NCBI GenBank assembly: GCA_040954595.2
Contig: CM082578.2
Span: 14,352,304 to 14,416,303 of the forward strand
Reading direction: 5' to 3'
DNA length: 64,000 nt
From: Balanoglossus misakiensis
Lineage: Eukaryota > Animalia > Hemichordata
Shown: positions 1 to 12,542 of the stretch, in pieces
How the letters are laid out: each line of letters starts with the position of its first letter
How positions within the stretch are numbered: position 1 is the stretch's first letter
Translations under genes and position numbers: made by a program
Notes under the pieces: model-generated
The model's database searches: none
What the model saw: only the letters and a program-made list of their open reading frames with translations
What the model was told of the DNA's origin: nothing

Positions 1-91
1 GTTCCGTGATAAGGTGCCTGAGTTGGAGAGCCGATTGGCATCCACAGAAAACGCAAAGGGATGGTTTGAAAGAAGTTTGGCAGAGTCAGAG
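1..91 (+). CDS. GRIPAP1: GRIP1-associated protein 1 (GRASP-1) internal coding exon, at or cut by the window edge (FRDKVPELESRLASTENAKGWFERSLAESE)
   Basis: Open frame from position 2 with coiled-coil composition. It ends GAG|gttggt (donor 92-93, phase 0) and joins the 976 exon in frame. Confidence 0.75.
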
Positions 92-975
92 GTTGGTGGT
101 GTTCATTTTTTTTTTATCAGGCTTTATAATTTGTGTTCTGTAATGTTATGTTTTATCTCATATTTAATGTTAGATGTAATTAAGATTTTCCTAGTCTATA
201 CTTTAAACATCAATAAAATGTGATCTCTCCCAGACGTAAGTTTTGATAAAGAAATGAAAATCATGTATGCACAGCATGAGAGAAAGAGAGAGTAAAAAAC
301 AGGCAAATAGTTTGCAAGTGTATTAAATTTGATGGGAATAGAAAAAAGATGTGAGTAATCGCTTTTCTGTGAATTGAATTTCTGAACAGCTATCAATAAA
401 CAGCGTTTCCAGAAGTGATAGACTCATTCATCACTGTCATCTCTGACAAAGTAATCTGTACATTTGAATAAATGAATAAAAGAAAACATAAAAACCAATT
501 GTGTTTCCAAATCAATCATTTCTTGATGTTTCTGTGCGCCATAAAAACCATGTTTGGATGACCCAGCCACAAGAATATGCAGGAGAGGGCGTGTCAGAGT
601 TCATAATGTCACATCTTGTGGAGGGCATTGTTGTATAATCACTGCAAATAAAGTCAATGGAAAGGTGTTATACCATAACCTGTCTGTATTTTTAGAAGTT
701 TATATCAGGAGATATTTGTGAAGGCCATCTGTGTAAAACTCTAGCACTGGGCTATTAAATCAAATGTATCCAGATGTTACTTTATTATGATGTTTGTCCC
801 AGCGATATGCATCCCCAGTCACTGAGACACAGATACCTATCCATAAATCCAAATGTTATTTTTAGAAGTACATGTATTTTCTAATTACCATCATGATAAA
901 ACATGCTAATTGGAACTGGAAACTGGAAAACATGCACGCTTGGTTAAAACTTTCTTCTATAATATCTTGCTGCAG

Positions 976-1053
976 GAAAATTTGAAACAGAAGGAAGAGG
1001 AACACAAAGCAGCAATAGAAGAAATGAAGATTGAGCATGCCAAGGATATCGAG
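976..1053 (+). CDS. GRIPAP1: GRIPAP1 coding exon (ENLKQKEEEHKAAIEEMKIEHAKDIE)
   Basis: Acceptor tcttgctgcag|, donor GAG|gtaact. 78 nt, phase 0/0, E/K-rich coiled coil. Confidence 0.85.
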
Positions 1054-1250
1054 GTAACTTTTAATTAATACTCAAAAAGAGAGGTCAATAATTGGGATAA
1101 AAAAGACGCTAAGTTGGGATAAGTGTTTGAACAATGAGAGTGGGTTTGTGTCTTGCTCTCTCAAAAGTGAGCCATTCTCTTCAGCAAGTCAAACAGACAG
1201 ACTTATATGTTTATAGGTGTAATTTTTGAAGTTTGGTTTTCTTTTGTCAG

Positions 1251-1346
1251 GAAAAGGATGCCAAAATAGAAGAAAAAGATGTCGAAATTCAAAGTTTTTT
1301 GAACCAGTTAGATGAGAAAGAGAAGGAAATTGAGCAAGCGAAACAG
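1251..1346 (+). CDS. GRIPAP1: GRIPAP1 coding exon (EKDAKIEEKDVEIQSFLNQLDEKEKEIEQAKQ)
   Basis: Acceptor ttttcttttgtcag|, donor CAG|gtaaga. 96 nt, phase 0/0, coiled coil. Confidence 0.85.
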
Positions 1347-2201
1347 GTAAGACAAAATAAAGGTAGGAACAGTCCGGGGGTGCAATCAATATGAGAGTGA
1401 CAAGAAAACAGGCTGTATGTACATTATCATTTGTTAACATTCTGTTTTAACTCCTGAATATGTTGTTTCATTTCTGGCCTAAAATATTTATGTAAAAATA
1501 AAAACAATAATTAAAAATGTGAAAAATAAATTTCAAGTATTCTACAGTCTTGTTTTTCTGCATCAGTGATGTGATAGTTCTCTGGCATATTATATATGCT
1601 GGTTAGTGCCCCTACCCAAGTACTGCATCCGTAGATCAGGGTGTAATCATAAATTATTGGATTGCACTAAAAACATACATAATAGTATATTGAAATAAAT
1701 CAGAATTCAGTATCACATATTTTTTCAGAACAAAGATGATATGGTTTGATTGAGCACACGAAAAGTTGTCCATTATATTTCGGCTTAACTTTAAAAATTA
1801 CTATAAAATCTTTATAAATTGCACATTTTCTATGCAATTGCATTGCACTAATTGTTTCTTGAGCTGGTTAATTTGACCCTGAGGAAAATGAAAACTCTGG
1901 AGCTAATTGTTCTTGGTGAAATCTGTGAATTTGAAAAAAAAAGAACCGGTGAATTATAGCACTTGCATCAATTTGATGGAATTAAATTCCAGTGAATATT
2001 TATGCTTTTACAGGAATCCCCTTTGATATTATTTTTCTTCAAAATATCAGCTGTAAACGTCGAATGTTGTCTGCCAATGGAGTGACCTTCAACACCCTGG
2101 CAATCCAGTCGTGGATCTATTTTTATGGCGTGTGCAGGTTAGGTCATCGTTGGGTGGTATGTAATTATTCAATTTTTGCTATGCTTCCTCGCTGTTGCTA
2201 G

Positions 2202-2258
2202 GAAACCAAAGACATGGTGGAAGAGAAAAAGATAGCCGAGAAGAAAGGTGTATCCATG
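2202..2258 (+). CDS. GRIPAP1: GRIPAP1 coding exon (ETKDMVEEKKIAEKKGVSM)
   Basis: Acceptor gctgttgctag|, donor ATG|gtgagt, 57 nt. Resembles the vertebrate GRIPAP1 segment EVKDTV..ILEKKG as recalled. Confidence 0.85.
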
Positions 2259-2743
2259 GTGAGTGGCATATTGTTTTATGCATGTGCGCGTTAATTCATC
2301 ATCATCATGTGTTTGCATGCAGCCTTATAAGCTCATCACGGAAGGCTGGAATACTTTTTAACAAAAATATCAGTGCTTGATTTATTTTCATTCTTTGGAC
2401 CAGAGTATATTTTTATCATTTTAATTGGAGGTAGAGATGGTAACATTGCTTTATGTATGCAAGTAGCTTCAATTTAGGATGAACTTTTTGTATACATGTA
2501 CATATAAAATTCCTGGTAGCAGAAATGTAATGGTAATTTGAGAAAGACGTTTGAATCATAACAATTAAATTTGAAAAATGAACTTTTATGACATAATAAC
2601 TCAATTATAATGACATTTTTGGAAATCTTATCTAAAGATTTTATTCATGGTAGTTAGCCTTTTATTTGATAACATTCTAAATGACCGGAATGGGTTCTTT
2701 CCCCCGCTCCCTTCCTCCCCCCCCCCCCCTCCTCCCCTGACAG

Positions 2744-2956
2744 GCGAAGGATCTCAAGCGACAACTTCATCTGGAGCGGAAACGCGGAGAGAAATTGCAG
2801 GAGAGACTCCAAGAGATTCTGTCGGAGAATAGCGGTATGAAGAGCAGTGTAGATGAACTCTTCAAAAATTACAATGCTGAGGAGAGACCAAGAGGAGATA
2901 GCAGCAGTGTGTCTTCCTGGGCAGCTAGCATGAAGGAAAACTCAGAACTCAATCAG
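2744..2956 (+). CDS. GRIPAP1: GRIPAP1 coding exon ([31 protein letters not shown]...[21 protein letters not shown])
   Basis: C-rich acceptor ...cccctgacag|, donor CAG|gttaga, 213 nt. [22 protein letters not shown] and GDSSS.SS are GRIPAP1 C-terminal signature motifs. Confidence 0.93.
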
Positions 2957-3125
2957 GTTAGATTTGATTAGGTTCGCTTTGTTATATAGCTGACAGAGTA
3001 AACAGAACATATATATTGCTAGTCTGACATGCAATTTTCAGCTTTGGCTGTTATTTCCCACCTCCACCTAAGATGATTCGTTTGCAAGACTTTCTGAAAT
3101 GAAGATATTTTACCATTTGGCATAG

Positions 3126-3236
3126 TCCAACCTTTCAGAGCATTCTGCGATGTCTGCCACACTGAATGAAGAAACTAGTGATCTTCTTTCGAGAATGACC
3201 GAAATTCAAGAAGAAAAGTGGTCCCTGGAGGAAAGG
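3126..3236 (+). CDS. GRIPAP1: GRIPAP1 coding exon (SNLSEHSAMSATLNEETSDLLSRMTEIQEEKWSLEER)
   Basis: Acceptor ggcatag|, donor AGG|gtatgt. 111 nt, phase 0/0. Matches the GRIPAP1 L..R..E.Q.EKW.LEE motif. Confidence 0.88.
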
Positions 3237-3394
3237 GTATGTGTTCATCCTGTTGGTGATAGTGTTTCAGTTGAGTGATCGATGTAGTGTCATTCGTTAT
3301 TCAGTGCTGTTTCATTGTAGTGTGATATTCTCACCTTGTTTAATAGAAAGTATCATCCAATTTCAAGTGACACAATTTGTGATTTATATGGCAG

Positions 3395-3485
3395 GTGAAC
3401 CATTTAGAGACCAGCAATGCATGTATGGCTGATGATATCATGAAGAAGAGTGCCATTATACAGTTCTATTTTATGGACCGAGCTG
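3395..3485 (+). CDS. GRIPAP1: GRIPAP1 coding exon (VNHLETSNACMADDIMKKSAIIQFYFMDRA)
   Basis: Acceptor atggcag|, donor G|gtaagt. 91 nt ending in phase 1. Matches the GRIPAP1 V.HLE.S...MA.D...KSAII..Y.MD motif. Confidence 0.9.
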
Positions 3486-4792
3486 GTAAGTGTTCTATTG
3501 GACAAGCACTGTTTGTACTTCTTGAGATCTGTCCCAATGTGGGCAATCCATCCACAGTGTGACGTGTGAGTAACTGTTGGCTCCAGCATTCTGTATTTTA
3601 TTTTAACTGTATGCAAATCATGTGTAGAATTTCAGTTTCTTAGCTGGGACGTTTTCATGGTGGGCACCTCATTGATTTGTCCTGTGTGACACATTAATTT
3701 CCCCGCAGATCATCTGAGATGTAAATTGCATAGACCACTCGAGATACACAATCATGGCCATATTTTGTGAATGACCCTATCATTTTGCATGAATAGTGCT
3801 AATATATAGTGTGTGATTGTATTTCAGAGACAAAGCTTGTGAGTCAGAACATTATTAACCTACATTTCATATCCTAAAAAGAGTTCCTATATTTATAACT
3901 TTTCATTGACAGAGCTGAGTCATTTCCATTGTTAGCTTTTTTTCTAATACAGGGTCTATAAATATTTTACAGTGTGTTTTAGAGGTTATGATGATATTTT
4001 TCATATGACCGTGAAGTTTTAATACCATACAAACGCTGTGCATTGTATAAATTAAGGTATTATAACAAGTACAAACATGTTGCTCCAATTATGTTACAAT
4101 GTATGTCCCTGTATTCATTATTTTATTTAATTCAATTTAATTTAATAATCAACATCGGTCAAACAGGCAGAGACAACATACACAACATCATCTTGGTCTA
4201 GAAAACTATAACAGAATTGAAAAAAAAAAATTCAATCATTAAAAAAATGTGCTTGTCATATCATTCACAATATCATACATAATAGGCCTTTCATTATAAA
4301 AAATATCATTGGACAGATTTACATGTACTTAGGTGTTGATATGATTTATGAATTATTTGGTATAAATTACACTATTAAGAGTACTGATGTGATTGTGCAA
4401 TCTGGGGTATGATAATACTAAAGTTAATGTGATATATGTGTGCAAACAGCCTGTTTGAAAGCTTTGTCTTATTGGGTTAAATAGAATGAAAAATTGCAGT
4501 GTTTTTTTCCCCCTTCAAAATGTTATCTGTCGTGTGTTATCTTGGATTATCATGAGATATCTGTTTATGTTTAAAATTGTGATTTTCTGCCTGTTTTTTT
4601 GTGACTCTCCACCAAGTGAAATTCCCTTCTGATAAGGAACTGAAAAGATCTCCATACTTGATATTTCCTATTTTAAATATGTAATGTTTATACTGACCAT
4701 GTTTATTGTGTTTTGTAGCTTTGCACATTTCTTTTGTGGTGGTCACACAGATGTGGGTGACATTTCTGGTTACATTGATTTTGATGCTCATG

Positions 4793-4910
4793 GATCCTTC
4801 AGATCTAAATCTGGTTCGTCAATATTATAAGTCCACAAACATCTGTCGTAGATCCTTCACACCTAAATCTGGTCTTGGTCAATGTTACAAGTCCACAAAC
4901 ATCTGTCATA
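4793..4910. repeat. Two-copy ~58-60 bp tandem duplication in a GRIPAP1 intron
   Basis: gatccttcagatctaaatctggttcgtcaatattataagtccacaaacatctgtcgta at 4793 is followed by gatccttcacacctaaatctggtcttggtcaatgttacaagtccacaaacatctgtcata at 4851. Confidence 0.85.
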
Positions 4911-6572
4911 GCCCCCAAAAAGTGCATGGCCACATTTATACTTCCAATATGATTAAAGAACACTGATATAGGGTGAATGACCTCTGTGAATCTCAATTTT
5001 TTTAAGTAACGCATGTTTTGAAAACATGTACAAGGTCTGCAGATAACTAACGTAGAGTTTTTGTTAATGGGAAGTTGGAAAGCCTTGACTTGATTACATT
5101 AGAGATAGGTAAAGTTAGCATCTGCAAGTCGGTCTGAATGAGCATGCAAAATGTGGAATGACTGCGTGTAGTTTAAAGTGTTTGATTGTGTGTGTGTGGT
5201 GTGTGTAGATGTGTTTCATTTTCTGCATTTTATCAAGATAAGTTTTGATGAGTCTGGAATGTTTGCCCAAGTTTTATATGAGATATGTCTTTTGCACAGT
5301 CACTACATACTAGTGCGTGTATAACTTTCATATTTTGTGACACGCTTTTGACATGGATGTATCACTTGTCCACCACCTGTGACACACACACACTTTGCAA
5401 TTCATTAGTTGATTAACCAAGTGTGGCGCACCTCATCTGAGTTTAACACAGCCTGCCAAAACATGTCTACTGTATGTCAGATCCCATCTTCTCATTCATC
5501 ACTGTGCTCGAATCAGGAATATCTATTCCAGAGTTTTGAGAAACGATGTTGAAAAAGACAAGAATTTGTGTAACCTGTTTATTTTTGGTGTTGATTAATT
5601 AATTATATCTGAAGGGAAAATTAAGAGTGTAACAGGTGTGTTGGACGATTTGTTCTGCATGAGTGGTTTGAATAATTCAACTCTTTGGACAACATGGCAA
5701 GACTGGAATATTACACAATCGACTGAGAATGTGCTTTGAAAATGAATTTTGATGTAGTCAAAGTATTTAAAGTTAACGATAGATATTCATGGCAGCTTCA
5801 TTTTCTGATGAAATACCAGATTGTCACAAACAAATGTAAACATACAGTTCGATATAATGTGCAATGGAAACTACAGATACGATAAACACTACCAGGAACT
5901 TGTACCTAGGATCTGTACAAACAAAGCAGGAGACAGGCAAAGAAATTGAGATACAGACTTTTGCATTGACTTTGAGAAAAGCAGTACTGTACAACAGCAG
6001 AAATATAACCCTGGAGCTATATTAAAGTATAATCCAACCCAATGCTTTTATGAAGCCATCATATTTGTTCCTCGGTCCATTGCGTGTTTGTATATAATGT
6101 ATAAATGATAGGATGATTTACTTGTTTCCATATAGTGTTAGTAATCCTGTTGTAAATATTCAGTACAGACACTTAGAGAGTGATGTTTTATTGATAGTCT
6201 GTTTGTCATGTTCCGGAAATGAAGTGTCTTATTAATCTCTCATACGAAACATAAAATAATCTCAAACGATGAGAGCCTTGGCCTGTGCAAGTCCTTGCAC
6301 AATTTTTCATTTTTCATAATCACACAAAACAACTCGTAGTATTAATGTCTACGAATCAGTAGTGTACATAAAAACATGTGGCCTTCCAGCCATTCTATTT
6401 CTGTATGTGCATTGTTTCAAGTTTGGAACTCTCACAAATAGCCTTCTAGCCATCAGTGACTTGAACTGTCAAATATGTTTCAATGGGTCAATCACCTGTA
6501 ACAATGTTTCCAATGTTGTGGCATTAGTTTTCACACTTAAACAAATTTTGTTGTTGTATATTTTTGAACCAG

Positions 6573-6727
6573 ATTTGACTCCGTCAACGCCAGAGAAGAA
6601 GACACCTCTTCACAAAATGCTGGGTTTTGTGAAGGGGGAGGAGTCTGAAGATAATTGCAAGGAAGTCAATCGGAAACTACAAAGAATGTTAGAAGAAACA
6701 CTAACCAAGAACATGCATTTACAAAAG
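6573..6727 (+). CDS. GRIPAP1: GRIPAP1 coding exon (DLTPSTPEKKTPLHKMLGFVKGEESEDNCKEVNRKLQRMLEETLTKNMHLQK)
   Basis: Acceptor tttttgaaccag|, donor AAG|gtgact. 155 nt, completing the phase-1 codon (G+AT = Asp). N.KLQ.MLEE.LTKNMHL is the conserved GRIPAP1 C-terminal motif. Confidence 0.93.
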
Positions 6728-7955
6728 GTGACTACAAAATATTTTAACCATACACTCCAAGTTGGAATCACCGTAGATCATAATGCATGCAATCAAGGAT
6801 ACCTTTGGAAGGCTAAATCCTTATAGTTCTGCTGTGGCAGGCTGAAATTAATGAATAAACCAAAATATTCCTGTAATAGACACGTGCACACATTATTTAT
6901 TCTCTGTTTTCTGATGAAGTCTGACGGTTATATGCGATGGAAACACCTGGTCCCTTAATCAGTGACATGCCCAGTAGATCTCAATTAGTAGCTGTAGTTT
7001 GTTTTATTGCAATATCAGTTATTGTCAGATGAATTAATCATGTAATAGTCCTATTGCCTTGGAAAGTAAAGTACCCCTGCCTTTTTAATCGACCGATGTT
7101 GGTAAAAGATTAGAACACGTTCAACTCATTAGTGTTTGTCTATGATCTGGATTAGTTACATGTATCTTTGATGTGTGATAGTGATGGTAGATATCATATG
7201 GTATGAGCTAGATTGTCTGTACTATCCAGACGCACCCAAGAAATTATTGATGTAAAATGCACCATGGATCTATTAAAAATATCTTTAACATGTAACAATG
7301 GGAAAACAAACATCTGTCAGTGTATTTTACATGTTGGTACCTTGGAGAGATAATAATAGAGAGATAGCAGGGGCCTAAAATTAGACACATGAGTTTTTAT
7401 GACCTTCATTGTAGCACACTAAAAAACCTCTGCTTGTGTACAGATTTAGTTTTGATTGACCTACAGTTTTATGATTTATCTGTCTGGTGTTTCATGTTGT
7501 CTGGTTTTGTTATCTGTCTGTGTTATGAGCCGCAGGCGAGTGTGAGATAAAACATCCCCAGCGAGAGAGGAATATCTGAATATCTGGACGAGTAGAATTT
7601 ATGGATAATGTCTTCATGAAGGAGTTTTTGAAAGTGTTTGCTGTATAATTAAGCCATGATGTTCTGATGGAAATTTTACAGTGATAATTATGATGTTGAT
7701 TAGAGTAATCCCTCACAATGAAAAAAAGTAATCATGCTAATCTGTTCCAATACATGTACCTGCATTTATTATACACCGTCACCCAAAAATTTGCTCCAGA
7801 GTGATGCATGATGAATAATAAAGACATATTATTCACAAACTATAACCATGTATGGATGAGGGCTTTGTGTGTAATGTAATGGACAAACCTCCATCTCCAA
7901 TTGAAGACATACAGATTTGTTGACATCACTTCCCTTTTTCTGTCTTGTGCCACAG

Positions 7956-8021
7956 GATATTGAAATGCTTTCTGATGAAATTGTCCGACTGAGTAAGTTA
8001 ACTGCCAATGCCAGCAACTGA
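7956..8021 (+). CDS. GRIPAP1: GRIPAP1 terminal coding exon (DIEMLSDEIVRLSKLTANASN*)
   Basis: Strong acceptor tccctttttctgtcttgtgccacag|. Matches the GRIPAP1 D.E.LS.EIVRLSK ending. Stop TGA at 8019-8021. Confidence 0.92.
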   Translation, partial: DIEMLSDEIVRLSKLTANASN

Positions 8022-11000
8022 AACCAACTCATGGAAGGAAGACTCACCGAGTAAAGAAACAGCGTTTGAAATGGTTGATAAGGAGAGAACCGGGTGGCAA
8101 TTTCATTCTCTGCCGTGGAAAGCAAGACACTTCCAACACCAGCATCCAGAACGAAATGGTTCACCTCTGAATCAAGGCTGCAGCATGTTAATCCCAATTT
8201 TTAATGTGAATGATTCATATTATTCTTTACACATTCTGAAGGATTTTTTCATCACAGAAAACTCCATCTAGAATTGATTGTTTTAGATTTTTTGTAAGAT
8301 TTACAATCTCTGTGATCTCTTTTAACCTAGATAAATATATATACATAAAGAATGTTTCATTGCTTAAATACAACATGCTGGAATGTAATTCCAAATTAAA
8401 TTAAATATATAATAACTTTATTTAATTACATCTTCCATAATGGAAACACATAGAAATATATGTCAAATGTATTTGCCATGAAAGAAATAGGATGTCAACT
8501 GCTGTGGTTCCTATCTCAGAAGACTGAACAAAAGAAAGGGTTGTTCATATGATCATATGATAAGGGTAATGTCATCCTCAAACATTTATGTTTTCCACCA
8601 GATATGAATTCAGAAAAAAATGTCATTCATCATTACATGTTATCATTCAGTATATTTAAATGGAAAATCCATCCAAAGGGATTCCATCTTTTCCGTGTTA
8701 GATGATATCAACAAATGGGATTAATTTTCCTCTCAGAGGTAATTTTAAACAATCTTGCATGGAAGTATGTCAGATTCTTTTGCATGTAATCAGGTGTTCT
8801 TTCCTCATTATTTGTGAATGAGGAGTCCACTGTAGGTTGTTCATACTTTTCCCTTTTTAACGGAATTTGAAGATGGTGTAATTTATAGAACTTGGCAGCT
8901 TAAGCATTTTTTTCTCTTCATTACCAAGCTTTCCATATTTATATGATATTATCTACGCTACTGGGATTATTTTTTTCTGATAGGGCAGTTGCCCAGATCA
9001 TGTGCAATGTGGAATATTTTGTAGTCAACTCATGTAAATAGAACATTAGATTTTTGAAGATACATATAGGGTACTGAATTAGTAGTAACAAAGTAGTGAA
9101 TGTAGATTTTTTGTTTCTTAGTTTCTATGAAAATGCTGTGGGTAGATGGTGTTCTTCGATAATTTAAATGAAAAAAAGGTGCATTTTATTCATATATGAT
9201 GAGTGTCGTTCAGAATCAAAATGTCTCGTCATTTTGATTTTCAGCAAAGTTTTTCTGCATGAAACTGTAGCTTTCTCTGACATTTTAGCCTCCTTGCTCC
9301 TTTCTTACCCTATTGATCTTGTGGGGACTGTGTCGTTGAATTTGGTTGGTTATGTACATACCAGTAGTATTTTGCCAAAAGGGTTTGTTTTGTGAGAATT
9401 TGCAGTTTTTTTCTTAATTTATAGCAGTGACATCCCACATACTTTTTCCCAGTGTACATGTTGGTATCGTTATATGATATTTGCACACTGGTATTTATTG
9501 TTTTATGATCACATTATCCTTGCTGTGTCTTTCGTCAGAGCAGTGAGGACAGGAATGGAGTTTGTCAAAGGCCTCGGGACTTTGACGTCACTTCCCAGTA
9601 TTGACATGCCAAGTTTGGTTGTGATGGACATCCGTGTAGTGGTTGTAATCAAATTACTGTGCTTAATTTTACTACAGCATTGACCTTGACTGCTCTGCCT
9701 CTATCAGCATGAAATGTCATGGTCAGAACCAATTCCAGTGATAAGTCATGCACATCTCCTGTCAAATTAATCAACCTTTTATTCTCCCATCCATCTGTAA
9801 TTAGTAAAGAGTTGTTTATCTTGTGTATGACAAAATGTCAGCTGAATATCTTGAGCCATAAATCAGCCAAATTCAGATTCCTTATCGCAAATCTCCAACC
9901 AAACATGGCCCATACTCAAGCTTCTTTCTCTCGGAAACCCCAGGAGATCTTTGAGCAAACGTGAAATGTGCAGAAAGGTTAATGATGTGGTTAACACTTC
10001 CTGACATTGTCATTTCAGGGGAAAAATGACTGGCCCACTTGGTTCCAGGCAGTCTAATGTCAGTAAATATCACCATAAAATGGTTACTGCATAATTATGG
10101 CCCACTAATCTCCATCCATAATTTGCATTTTGAGTCTGTTCATTTTGCTGTGGCATTCTTCATCAGTGTTGTTCTCATATGACCCCTTATCCCACCAGTC
10201 TATCGTATGTACGACTGTGTACTGTGTTACTTTGTGGCAACCAGATTCCTATACTCCAGTGTGATTGTCTTGGTGGGTTGGGTGATGGGGACAGAACAGA
10301 ATACACATCTTCTCAGATCCACTTAGGCTTAAGTATGTTCAGTTGAAAAAGCTCTTCTTCGTGTGACAGTGATGGGTTGGGTGGCTATAATGAAAAATTT
10401 GTGGTTCAGCATACACCATGAAGCAACTCGAGCTTTGGACAGAAACACTGCCCGTCACATTGTTAAAGTCTTTGTTTTTAAACTACATTCCTGTAGCATA
10501 ATCTGTAACATCTTTCCAGTGCTCTGTTGATGCCTGCTGCAGTGTTAGAAATCAGTACTGTAACAGCGACATCTCTTTCATTTACATGAGTTCATACCAA
10601 GCGTTTTAGAAGTTCTTGCTCAGACAGTCTTCTGAAGTACCTCCACTCATACAGTCTTTACTGAAGATTTCTGTTTAATTCAAGTCTGTCTTTAATATGT
10701 TTCTGTCAGTCTTCAGTAAAATCTCTTGCAAGTTTTAAGTATTATACATACAATTTGTATATATTGTTTGTCTTATTAATGTTGTGTACCAGTGTATACT
10801 TGTACATCTGAACATCAAAGCCATCTGGTGTAATCTGCCTGTTTAATACTAGAGTGACATAACAATCAGTCACACAATAAGCCACGTGTCAATGTATTTT
10901 GTTATTGTTGGTGGTGTATTTGTGAAAAACAGCCTTGTGGTATTTTGTGACTTATGTAAGTTTTGAAAAGTGATGGTGCTTGATCTTGTCAATAAATATA

Positions 11001-11030
11001 GATGTCACAATAAAGTATGTTTGTGGTGTG
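8022..11030 (+). other. Probable ~3 kb 3' UTR of GRIPAP1
   Basis: T/GT-rich non-coding sequence between the stop codon and the paired polyadenylation signals. Contains TGTAHATA Pumilio-type motifs at 9033, 9353 and 10756. Confidence 0.55.
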
Positions 11031-11040
11031 GTTTTCTTCC
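10991..11040 (+). terminator. Polyadenylation signals (AATAAA x2) with GU-rich downstream element
   Basis: AATAAA at 10991-10996 and 11009-11014, followed by gtatgtttgtggtgtggttttc. Confidence 0.6.
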
Positions 11041-12542
11041 TCTAAAGAATTCACATATTAAAAGATGAATTTTCCAACAATATCTGAATGATAAATGTAC
11101 CGAAATCTGAGTAGGTTTATATTGCAATTGTCACACACAAAGACAGACATCTAAAACTGCAAATATTCAAAGTGTCTGTTTGCAGATAACAACCGAGAAT
11201 TGACCGGTGAAATTGTTTCGGATTCGCATAATACCACCATGCATTGCAGTTTATTAATCTAGGGCATGCGAGCACAGGTGTTGTGATGACTGTAATTCCA
11301 GGCCTGGTAGATGCCATTACATAAAACACTGCTATTGAGCAACATTATACAAGGCCATGTATAAAAATAAAATTTATCGATGGTAAAATAGAATTAAAGG
11401 GCCAGATGTCACCTCATACAGCGCTGGGTTCGAAAATTGGAAACTCAAACTCGACAAAGAACGCTTGAACTTTAACAAAGTTTGCATCAAAGTTTCTTTC
11501 CTGTATTTAGTATTTTACTGGTTCTGCGATCTTGCAATGAAACAAAGCGAACAAACTCTAAGTTTATTACACAACTGTACTTTCCTGACGTATTACTGTA
11601 CTCAACTCTACAGGATTCAAACCCAGACCTAAACAACATCTTGGTTCTCGCATGTAATTCACCCGAGAGCATATACTTCTTGAAATTATCATCTGCCTAA
11701 TTACATATAATGATTTCAAATTATAGGAGAATAAATTGCCAACTTTCACATTTCGTTTCCATGGCAGTAAGATATTAATACCAGAGGTGTCAGACTGGTC
11801 ACGTGGACAGCGGTGCGTGTTTAACTTCTTGCGGCCTAGTCCACGGCTACCGGGTAGTAACCCTTTACCGTGCCTATAGTCGAAATGCTTTCTGAAGTAC
11901 AGTGTGTTGCTTGATTGGAAACGGCTCTTTGGTATCCCCAGAAAAACGATCACCACAAAGGTCCGACGAAGGATTGGTGAAATAAATTTTCCATTTATAG
12001 CTTATTCGATAGAGCATCTGAAGTGAATTTAGGGTTTGATTCCTATAAGGATCGTCTTCCTAACAGTATTGTGAGCTCCCTTTTTGCGCGTCTCGAAAAG
12101 ATTTGCGATGTTACAACTGTACGTACGTGACAGAACTACATTTGAAATTTTCAAGCGTCCTTCGAAAGATATATAATATCGTGTATGATTCACTTAATAA
12201 CCATAATGTTAACATTATCACGGGGTCAAAAGTTACCGCTCGAATAAAAAGTCGTTTTCATGCCAGCGTTTGATCAACGAGGCGTTGTTGACATGCCTTG
12301 TCGCAATTGTACCAAGTCATATAGTTGTCGATATCACTTTTAAATTGTATCCCTTTATCTTTCCTATTCCGCGCAATTGCCAACATCGCAGCCGAGTGAT
12401 AAACTTTATATCACTGTCTTAGCTATGCACTTTGCCGCAATTGCGTGGCATTTTTGTAGTTTTTCAGATACCGCAAAGACAACTAATCGTGTTGTTTTTT
12501 ACTCTCTGACGGTGTTGTTGCTATCAAACTGCAAACAACTTA

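Noticed and set aside
6362-6826. 154-aa ORF as a standalone gene
   Set aside because: Only 6573-6727 is coding (a GRIPAP1 exon); the flanks are intronic read-through.
8008-8271. 87-aa ORF overlapping the GRIPAP1 stop
   Set aside because: It is in a different frame from GRIPAP1, has no recognisable homology and lies in the 3' UTR.
8022-11000. Single miRNA seed matches (miR-92, miR-34 and miR-1 types) in the 3' UTR
   Set aside because: Isolated 7-mers are expected by chance in 3 kb without conservation data.
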